Assembly (NCBI GenBank): GCA_030264375.1
Contig: JASCQW010000081.1
Coordinates: 65,912,529-65,976,528 of the forward strand
Origin: Carcharhinus longimanus
Taxonomy: Eukaryota
Reading direction: 5' to 3'
DNA length: 64,000 bases
The position numbers and the translations under genes were made by a program. Each line of letters opens with the position of its first letter. Position 1 is the first letter of the stretch. Positions 54,307 to 64,000 of the stretch are shown one piece after another. The notes under the pieces were generated by a model. The model searched no databases. It saw only the letters and a program-made list of their open reading frames with translations, and was not told the DNA's origin.

Positions 54307-54978
54307 GTGAGTATTACTTCATTGTCAACAGTTGACTATAGTTTATGTATAAACTGTAATTCAGTTCTGATTTAATTACCCCATATTTATGAACAAACTG
54401 CCAAATGTAAGTTTAACTAACTATTATAATGGTCTTATTAATCAAGGGAAGGACACATATCTTTCCTCAGATAACGAGTTGCCTCTGATGTTCCTTTGAA
54501 GGTGACTGCTATCAAATATCCAAATTAGGAAATCATATTAGAGCTCCGTTGATGCCGTAATGGGGGTGTGTGGGTTTATAATCTTTCAGATTGCTGAATT
54601 TTTAGTCTTGGCTGTACCACCATAGAAGAGCATCACCTGGCCAATGATTTCTCCACAAGGAAGAAGCATCCGGGAAAGTTATCCCTGAGTAACTATCTCT
54701 CTGTGACTGGTTTAGATTGAATTGGTTGTCTGACAGCTGGTTTTTCCATCCCTCTAGCTTAGTTACATGATAATGTGGTTTGGAGTCCCTCTAGTTTTCA
54801 GTGCAAATAGATCTCCCTGCTTTTCCTATGTAAAATGATTTTGTTTTTCTGGTGAGTGGAAAATTCTTGCTTCTGTGTTTGGTGAGCTGTTATTTTATTC
54901 TCATATTCTGGAGAATAATGTCTGGTGTTGCAAATACCAATCAAGGTGGTTATGCTGCTATTTCATTTCTTGTTGTAG

Positions 54979-55133
54979 GTGTGGTGATCATTGATGATCA
55001 CCCAGAAGTGACAACTGTTGAAGACTTGCAGTGTAGTACAACTGATGATGGATTTACTGAAGTTGTGTCAAAGAAACAGCAGAAACGTCTACAAGATGAG
55101 GAACGCAGAAAGAAGGAGGAGCAAGTTGTCCAG
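54979..55133 (+). CDS. PRRC2C: PRRC2C coding exon
   Basis: SVVIIDDHPEVT...DDGFTEVVSKKQQKRLQDEERRKKEEQ. Confidence 0.95.
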
Positions 55134-55319
55134 GTGACCGATTTGATACGAAGAGTATTTACTTGAATATGCAGGAAGGAACAGTTCATGCTATGCCAAG
55201 CAAATTCAGGCAGTTAACGTTCGCAACAAGCAAAAGTTTTAGCCAGTACTGCCATAAAACGGCATTACTCTCATTATCAAATCTATCATCGTTGACTAGA
55301 AACTTAGCTGCATTAAAAA

Positions 55320-56190
55320 ACGTACGAACTCAGCAGGAACAGGCAATTCGGCCCCTCGAGCCTGCTCTGCCATTCGATATGATCATGGGTGATCTCGGCT
55401 TCAACTCCACTTTCCTGCCCATTCTCCATAACTCTTCAACTCATTAAAGTCTGCCTATCTCAAATTTTTTCAATATCCTGGCATCCGCCACGCTTCAGGA
55501 TAGAGAATTCCACAGACTCATGCCCCTTGGAGAGAAGTATTTTATCCTCTCTATTTTAAATCTGCTATCTGTTATCCTAAAACTATGATCTCTAAATTGC
55601 CCCATGAGAAAAAACATCCTGTATATTTACTGAGTGCCCTATTTAGCATCTTGTATATTTCAACTAGATATCCCTCATTCTCGTAAGCTCAAGAGTTTAG
55701 CCCTAGACTGCTCAAACCTTCTTCTTACAACAAACCCCTCATCTCTGGGATCAATCTAATGAACCTCCCCTGAACTACCTTCAATACAACTACATCCCTC
55801 CTCAAGGTGTCCAAAGCTGTGCACAATACTCCAGATGCAGTCTCATTAATCCCTTGTCCGGTTGCAGCAACACTTCCTGACTTTTATACTCTTTCTACAG
55901 CACTAAATACCAAAAATGCATTTGCCTTCCTTACTACCTGATGTACCTGCACGCTAATTTTCTCCGATTCACGCGTGAGGACACCTAGATTCCTCTGCAG
56001 TGAAGCACTTTGATGTTTCTCTCCATTTAGATAAGAAATTACCTTTGTATTTTTCCAGCAGAAATGGATAACCTACATTTATCTGCGTTAAACTCCATCT
56101 GCCGTGTTTTGGCCCACTCACCTAACCTATCCATGGCCATTGTAAATGGCTTATTTCTTGATCTCAACTTACTATCCCACTAATTTTATT
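55320..56190 (-). mobile_element. CR1 LINE 3' end
   Basis: Tail cagcaggaacaggcaattcggcccctcgagcctgctctgcc; reverse RLHLEYCAQLW. Confidence 0.82.
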
Positions 56191-56289
56191 GTTGGGTAGT
56201 ACTTAATATGATGGCTATAAGAGCAGACAAGAAGTATGCATTCAGTAACAAATGACTCATATCTTGATGTCCCAAGGCTTGTCCACCAT

Positions 56290-56475
56290 TATAGAATCTC
56301 ATCGAGTTACACTGACAGCAATCCCATCCAGGCCCTTTCCCTGTAACCCCTCGTATTTACCCTGCTAATCCCCTAAGAAGCACTAAGGAGCAATTTAACA
56401 TTACCATTCAATCTAATCTGCACATCTTTGGGCAGCCGGAGGAAACCCAATCTGGCGCAGGGAGAATGTGAAGCA
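56290..56475 (-). mobile_element. HE1-like SINE fragment
   Basis: atctaatctgcacatctttgg..ggaggaaaccc..ggggagaatgtg reverse V-domain. Confidence 0.6.
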
Positions 56476-56571
56476 CTGATCTGAAATTGGCTCTGTCCAT
56501 TCCATTGATAGAATTTTTACATGTATTTGTATTAATAGTGTTACTTACAATGTATTTTGGTGTTTTTGCAG

Positions 56572-56983
56572 AGCTGGAACAAAAAGAACGTGAATGAGAA
56601 AGGGAGAGGCCAGAGTTCTAAACTGCCACCACGATTTGCAAAAAAACAGCAACAGGCAGCCCAACAAGTACAGACACCAACTTCAGTCCAGTCACAAGTT
56701 CAACCCCAGCAACAGGCTGGGACCCTGACTTCAGCTACTGTTGCAACTCAAGATCCAGCACAAATTCCAATCTCTGCGCCAACAGCATCTCCAACTGAAG
56801 CTCCCATTACAGTTCAAGAACAGTCTAAGGTGCAAGGAGGAAGCTGTGCATCAGGAAATAACACAGAGTGTTCAGTTTCAGGCAAGGCAGTGGCTCCTTC
56901 ACAAGCACACAGCACACCAGAAACGGAGCTGTGGGACAACAAGATGAGTTCATCTGCTGTGCTTTCTGATATCACCACAAACT
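56572..56983 (+). CDS. PRRC2C: PRRC2C coding exon
   Basis: SWNKKNVNEKGRGQSSKLPPRFAKKQ...TELWDNK; donor T|GTTAGT. Confidence 0.92.
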
Positions 56984-57584
56984 GTTAGTATGGTTTATGT
57001 TTTCTTTAAGCTAATCATTATTTTGTTTCTTAATTTCTATTTGCGCCCTTTTGCATGTGCCACTTAAAATTTGTTTTATTCGCCTTCTCAAAAAGCCATT
57101 GTATCCCCATTTCTATATCTCCATATTCATATTTTTCACATATTTATCCACTTTTCTTTTTAAAAGTCTTTCTTGGTTACACTTCCAATATTTGTTTCTC
57201 TGCTCAAGAGAATTTCTCCTAACCCAGCCATTTTTTCTCCTGTTAGTCTTAAATTTATGCCTACTAGTTACTGGCTGAGTGACCATTGGAAATAGTTCTT
57301 CCTATTAAAAGTTCCCAGTGGACTAGTTACACTGTGGTAGTGACTGATCTTGATTCCTTCCTGTATCCTGACTGGCTTCCTAAGATGAAAACCTGCCTGT
57401 CAGGTAGTCATGATAGGGATAGACAGACATACCCCTGAGTCATAATTGGCTGGTGCTTCATTTATGTCTGACATTTCTTTGACCTTTGTATTCAGCAATT
57501 TATCATTGTATATACATATTTGCAAAAGACAATGTCATTAATTATTCATGTGATTACTGGCCATAAACATTCATACGTTTTTAC

Positions 57585-57733
57585 GTTTATTTATTAATGT
57601 CACAAGTAGGCTTACATTAACAAGTGAAGTTATTGTGAAAATCCCCTAGTCACCACACTCCGGCACCTGTTTGGGTACACTGAGGGAGAATTTAGCGTGG
57701 CCAATGCACCTAACCAGCATGTCTTTCGGACTG
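57585..57733 (-). mobile_element. V-type SINE 3' half
   Basis: Reverse complement of the tail at 2960-3107 and 24065-24200. Confidence 0.8.
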
Positions 57734-58225
57734 CCATCTGCCCACCCCTTGTAGGAACTTATTCTGCACTTGATTTGTATTGAATCTCCGACATGCTTTT
57801 TAGAACAAAGATTTAGTTTATAAAAATATTTGACAGAGGTTTCTGTTAATACTCACTGATGGCCAATACTAGAAATTGGTTCAGAAGTTAGAGAATTACA
57901 GCTTATTTTTGTAAATGTAATTAAAGTTGCTGGAATCCCAAAAACTCTGGAAGTGCATGCCTTCCTCTAATTGCAACATTTCAGTTTGCATTCCATGGAT
58001 TTTTTAATTATTTGACCTTGACTGCATATGGTGGAGCAAATTTGAACAACAGTTAACGAGGTTACAGAACTGCTTATCTGGGAAGGATATCGGAGAAAAA
58101 AACTAATTGCAAGTCTGTTATGCGTTTACAAATGAAGATAGGAAATAGTGAAAAAGCTTTCTTTCGGAACATGAGAAAAGACATAGTATAAAGTAAAATT
58201 ACTCTAATTACACTTCTTTTTGTAG

Positions 58226-58311
58226 TGGGACCCATTAGCCCTCCACAGCCTCCACCTGTCAGTGCATGGAATAAGCCGTTGACTTCTTTTGGATCTTCGC
58301 CAACACCTGAG
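58226..58311 (+). CDS. PRRC2C: PRRC2C coding exon
   Basis: LGPISPPQPPPVSAWNKPLTSFGSSPTPE|gtaaga. Confidence 0.94.
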
Positions 58312-58429
58312 GTAAGAGTAATTATTTGCAGAGTAAAGAGTTAGATTTTTAAAAATGCCACTCTTGGTGCTTCAGCCTGAGTTGGAACACATCACCTCTG
58401 AACAGGCAGCCCCTAATTTTTACTCGAGC

Positions 58430-59295
58430 AAAATACTGCAAATTCACAGAAAATGCTGGAAATATGCAATAAGTCAAGCAGCATTTATGGAGAAAGAGAA
58501 ACAATTAATATGTCTGCCAGTGGCCTTGTATCAGAATTGGAAAAAGTTAGGTGTTACTGTTTTAAACAGGTACAGGGGGAAGGCCTGTGATACCGATTAA
58601 ATTGGGTAATGGTGTATGGTAAATGGAAATTGTAATGTGATGCCATGGATCAGGAAGTGTTATAATCAGGAATGGCAGAATTATCAGAAACAGTAGCTGA
58701 TCAAAAATGGGTCAAATGAGGTTAACTGTAGCTGTTGAACTCATTACATCCGGAAAGCTGAAAGGTGCATAAGATGTTATTCCTCGAGCTTATGTTGAGC
58801 TTCACTGGAACAATGCAGGAGACTGAGAACAGAGCTGGGAGTGAAGCAGAGAATTAAGATAACAGATCATCGCCAACTGGGGTTATGTTTGTGGACTGAA
58901 TCAAAGTGTTCTGCAAAGCTGTCAGGCAATCTGCATTTGGCCCCTGCGATGTAAAGGGAACCTACTGTAAATAGTATATGAAGTACAAGTAATTCACTGT
59001 TTGGCCTGGAAGGAATGTTTGGGATCCTGGATGCAAATGGGCAGGTGTTTGTGATAATTTTGCTATTGATATTTACAGTTCCTCTAGACCCATTGTATCA
59101 CATTCCCATCTTTTACCTTGCATCATAATCACTTTGTCATTTAGTCTCACTTTTGTTCTTTAGCCCATTTCCCACCTTGATTACTTGTTTAATTTTTTCC
59201 AGTTCTGACTGAACGCTATTGACCTCAAACACAACCTGTCCCCCTCTCCAAATGTTCGCTAACCTACTGAGTATTTCCAGCATCTTTTTTATTAT
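58430..59295 (-). mobile_element. Penelope-like element remnant with inverted terminal repeats and GIY-YIG trace
   Basis: aaaatgctggaaata..tcagaattggaaaaag vs ttttttccagttctga..tatttccagcatc; reverse IQDPKHSFQAKQ*ITCTS..SLYIAGAKCRLPDSFAEHF. Confidence 0.65.
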
Positions 59296-60532
59296 TCATT
59301 TCAACTGCCTAGTTCAAACTGCAGTTCACTTGGTCAGAAGCAAGCATTGTCTTGCACTCAAGAACAGAGTTGTTCTCTTTGTACATAAAATGCAAATTTT
59401 TAACAAAAACAGCTTAGAGTATCTGGATCAATATTTTAATCAACTCCTGATGTCCCAAAACTTAATTGAGCATTTAATACTATATTGGATTTATACTCCA
59501 TGCTACATTGAACAGTCATTGCAAAACTGCTTGCACAAGGATTTTATCCCACCTGTCAATAAAGTCCAATTGGAATCCTTTGAAATTGCAGTCTAAGCAC
59601 CTCCACTATTTTAGATTTGATGTATTTTATTCTTCTGCAAGAACTGAGTAGGTAATAAAGTGAAGTAAAAATCAGGTTAATGTCATTTGGCCCAAGGTAC
59701 TCCATGTGTACATGCACTGTTTTCAGAGGGGATCACAAATAGCGATGAAAAGTGAGATCCCCAGCAGGTACTTTCTTCTAATCGCACCTTCCCTGGCCAC
59801 AAGCCCAGAGGACAATTATATAACCTTGGCTGAAACCAAAGGTCAATTGCTGGTCTGTAAAGCTCAGTACTACAGTCAAAGGTGCACTCATCACTGCAAT
59901 ACTTTGGAATGCTTTGTGTTAAACAGGGACAACATGCATTCTTTAGTATTGAAATTATAACCCTTTAAAAGGACAAAACATTTTTCAATTGAGCCACTTC
60001 TTAATTCATATTTGTACCATTCTAATTGGAGGTTTGGGGCACTTCAATTTCACAATTTGGCTCAAATGTTTTACCTCTAAACATCGCTATCCTTTATTGG
60101 TTGTGCTAAAACACGATCAGGTATCCTAGAAACGTTATCAAAACTTAATTTCTGTGAGGCGAATGAGTTGTTTCAAAATATTTGTTTGTTGCTTCTTGTC
60201 ATTTTCCATTTGTTTGCACTCAGCCAAAGGTTACAACTTAGCAACACCAAGGATTTTCTTAATCTATTTTTACTCTGACATTTCTTGTCCTGGGTTTTAC
60301 TTGCTGAGCTTCAAGTTAGAGGAAAATAAATCAGTAGTCTGCCTTGTTCTGGCCTTTTAAGTGCAATAATAAGTACTTGCTTTTAAAGAACTTGTGCTAT
60401 GTATCTACATTTGGTTATGAAATGTAATTCATTAATATTCATTACTGTGGTTTAGAATGTTGATCAGGAGTTGCTGACTGATGCAGTTGTTCAATGTGAC
60501 TGCATAATATTGCTTTCCATTCTCCTCCTTAG

Positions 60533-60772
60533 GGAGTAGCTTCCAGTCAGGAAAGTGGAATTGAGCTTGCCATTGATTCAGGTCAGTTGGCTGCACCAAA
60601 AAGTAACACCACCGCCAGCACCACCTCAACAGCCACTACCACTACCACTACTGCTACAGCTGCAACAGAATGTGAAACATCCCTATTGGAAAAAGCAACT
60701 GAGAATAAGTTACTAGAACCAAAAGAGCAGAGACAGAAGCAGCCTCGTGCAGGCCCAATCAAAGCACAAAAG
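60533..60772 (+). CDS. PRRC2C: PRRC2C coding exon
   Basis: GVASSQESGIELAID...EPKEQRQKQPRAGPIKAQK|gtaaag. Confidence 0.94.
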
Positions 60773-61854
60773 GTAAAGCACTTTCTTTGCAAATTTCTTT
60801 GGAAATTATGGAGAGTGAAAGCACATGCTATTTTTGGTGTGTAAATTGTCCAATTTGTGAATAGGAAGATCTACCTCCATGATTTGGTGAATTACTGAAT
60901 GATTTGTATCACTTCATTGTTAGCTTCATGAAAATGCAAACTCAACATCAGCCTCACTGGGAGTTTCAAGAAATTGTTGCATTTGTACATCACTCATGTA
61001 ATGCACCATAATAAGTTAGGGCTGTACTTAGCAGTTCAAGTACCTTATTAATGCTGAGATTTACGTTGCTGCAATGTTACTCAACCTCTCAAGTCCAGGA
61101 AAGGAACAATTGAAACTGGAATCTCAATTCTGCAGTAGTAAATGGTCCTTGGATAGTTTTAAATTAATTTCAAAAATTATTTTTGTCGTTCTTGCCCTCA
61201 ATTGGATTTTCTGTTTTTCTGTACCTTCGCACTCCTCATCCTCTTTTCCCCATGTTTCTTTCTCATTCCTTAAATCTTATTGGCTAAAGTGATATATTGG
61301 TTCTGCTGTTTCACCAAGGTACCAGATACTGTATCCATCATCAGGTCACACATTCAGTAGTATGCAGCAGAAATTGTTTTTGACCTACAGGGTGAGAAAA
61401 ATGTCCAACTAGAGCAACATACCATGAGGTGCCCCATTTCTGGGCCAATAAGTATATATTGTACAGTCGATAGTTTGACTTGTAGCCAAAATATGGTGCT
61501 ATCCTGAGATTGTGTTGCAGAAAAATAATTTACCGGCTCCCTCCATCCTACCAAACTGTGTGCACAAACTCAATGGGATCACGTTATCCAATAGGTGGTG
61601 TAAACCAACAGAATGGTGTATACCCAGATTGAAGTGCAACTTCTTGATTATGTAAGATACTTTTCAGGATTTGTAATATTCATTTGTTAGAAGCTTGCAT
61701 GAGCTAAGTGCTAGCCACTCAATTTACTGGAACTTGATTGGCAGAGGTGGAGGCTGGAGTCAAATTTGTATTTATAACTTGGTGACTTGTAACAGACCAG
61801 GCATATTTAGAGCTGCTTTAAGTCACTACTTACAATTCTGGATCCTATTTCTAG

Positions 61855-62106
61855 CTTCCAGACTTGAACCCAGTGGAGAACAAAGAGCATAAACCAGGTC
61901 CTATTGGTAAGGAGCGCTCGATGAAAAACAGGAAAGTCAAAGACATACAGCAAACAGAAACAGAAGGAAAAGATGAGCCTCCAGCTGCTCCTGTTGGGAG
62001 CCCAGAGCCTGCAGTAACACAGGAGCCTAACATGGTAACTGAATTGAGCACTGAGGCAAAGACAATGATTGCTGTGCCAACACCAGAATTTGAAGAAAAT
62101 TCAAAG
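61855..62106 (+). CDS. PRRC2C: PRRC2C coding exon (last one visible; gene continues)
   Basis: LPDLNPVENKEHKPGPIGKERSMKNRKVKD; donor AAG|GTAATT. Confidence 0.94.
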
Positions 62107-63509
62107 GTAATTTAAAAATTAAATTGTTAACAATTTGATCAACTCTTATCCATAGCTACCAAAATACTTCCTATTGTGCAACAAAACCTGTTAATGGTTT
62201 TATAAACCAAAGGCTGTCAGTTATTAAATATTTATGAATAATCATTTTCTCATGTCATTTCTGTAGCTATTTATCGACTAATTATATAGAATCAAAGCTT
62301 TTTTTATATACCATGTGCATGCATTTAAGTTTCTCAGATTAACTTGAAAAATTGCAGTTTGATCTTTGCACTCTACTGAGTTAACTGATATCTGCCTGAG
62401 ATGTTTACAGGAGTGCTTTAGGTAGTTTGCCGTAAAAATCTTTGGATTAAGAAGAAGAATGTCCCTTTATCACTATTCAATTGAAGCTGTGAGAACTAAT
62501 CATTATTAGCTAGTAGAACTAAAATTAAATTAAAATTTAATATCAGTCTCTGTTTAAGACATTTTTTTTGAATGTTTGTAGACCTTTGAAACTCTTCCCC
62601 AGAAAACGGTGGAATATTTTTGAGGTCATTAGATTCTTAACTAGCAGGAATGCCAAAGGTTACTGGTGGGTAGGTGGAATGTGGAGTTGAGGCTGCAATC
62701 AGATGAACCATGGTCTTACTGAATGGCAGAACAGGTCTTGAGGGCTCAAATGGTCTACTCCTAACTTGTATGTTTGCATTAGAGATGCATGCATTTAGAT
62801 GTTACTTCAGGGCAAAATAATACTCGTAATTTTCCCTCATGATCATGTAGTCTAATAACATTCAATGTAAATGGTCACAAATAAATATAGCAACACATCA
62901 GCAAAGGTTCAGTATCGTGGGATGGAAAGAGTAGAATATTGGTACAAAGAAATGTTGGAGGTTGTGAATTATTGTGATTTTTTTTAAAACATGAAGTAAC
63001 TTACATCTGTGTTTGAGTGATACACTATCAACTGCTAATCAGACAGTCTGATCAGTGTTGACTGTCCCACTGAAGTTTCTGAGATGAGAATTATACAACT
63101 TTATACAATGGAAAAAATGCAAATGACGGGCAATAGCACCAACATCAGAAGTCTTGTTGTAAAAGGGCATTCTCCAGTCAAACTAAACCATGATCGCTTC
63201 GGCATTAGGGAGAATTTTATTTTGCCAGTCCTATTGAAGTAAAAATTGAGATCGATTTACAAACAAATATAAATTAACTTGGGTGTTTTTGTAAAATGCA
63301 ACCACAAGTATCCAAAAGGAGTGAAAGTTGAAATAAACCAAGGAAGTATGTTTGAGTTACCAATCTTTCTTGGAGCGATTCAGTTACATTTTAACCCCAA
63401 ATTAGCACTTGATTTTGACTTTTTATTCCAATGAAAACTGTAATCTGCACTTAATGGAACAGTGTATGTACCTTTACAGTAAAGTTAAATGTTCAACAAG
63501 GTCAGCATC

Positions 63510-63780
63510 AGGAGAAGTGATGGCCTAGTAGTATTATTGCTAGACTATTAATCCAGAAACTCAGCAAATGTTCTGGGGACCCGATTTCGAATCCTGCCAA
63601 GGCAGATGGTGGAATTTGAATTCAATTTAAAAAAACTGGAATTAAAAAACTAATGACCATGAAACCATTGTCGATTGTCGGAAAAACCCACCTAGTTTAT
63701 TAATTAATTAGGGAATGAAATCTGTCGTTCTTACCTGGTCTGGCCTACATGTAACTCTAGAGCCGCAGCAATGTGGTTCT
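63510..63780 (+). mobile_element. tRNA-derived SINE
   Basis: gtgatggcctagtagta A-box-like, ttcgaatcc B-box; reverse copies at ~5090-5650 and ~32690-32930. Confidence 0.7.
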
Positions 63781-63781
63781 G

Positions 63782-64000
63782 AAAGAAATGGCAGAGGTGA
63801 GAGTGGATGCCTTAGGAATTATTTATCAAAATTCGCTGGACTCTGGGGAAATGCCGGAAGATTGGAAAACGGCTAATGTTACGCCGCTGTTTAAAAAAGG
63901 TAGCAGACAAAAGGCAGTGAATTATAGGCCGGTTAGTTTAACGTCTGTAGTTGGAAAAATGCTAGAATCCGTCAAAGAAGAAATAGCAAGGCACCTAGAA
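63782..64000 (+). mobile_element. Young CR1 LINE ORF2 fragment running off the window
   Basis: LGIIYQNSLDSGEMPEDWKTANVTPLFKKGSRQKAVNYRPVSLTSVVGKMLES. Confidence 0.92.

Overview
Vertebrate genomic DNA, most likely a shark or other cartilaginous fish (inferred from HE1/V-SINE-type SINEs, abundant CR1/L2 LINE and Penelope-like remnants). It is a draft assembly with many N gaps, several of them fixed-length placeholders. The window holds the 5' part of one + strand gene, PRRC2C (BAT2L2): a CpG-island promoter with five ~50-bp-spaced CRE sites and a YY1 site (~3200-3530), a non-coding exon 1, a 14.4-kb first intron, and 20 traceable coding exons from ATG 18180 to 62106. The gene continues past the window end. 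At least one coding exon is missing between 23603 and 29657, probably inside N gaps. Introns are full of retroelement debris. Best second-look items: an out-of-frame uORF overlapping the PRRC2C start codon (possible leaky-scanning autoregulation), an intronic palindrome carrying intact minimal hammerhead ribozyme cores on both strands, the CRE array, a Penelope element with twin-priming-like inversion geometry, and several alternative or poison splicing candidates. I found no clearly novel protein-coding system. Homology calls rest on recalled sequences and motifs, not on searches; repeat boundaries are approximate.
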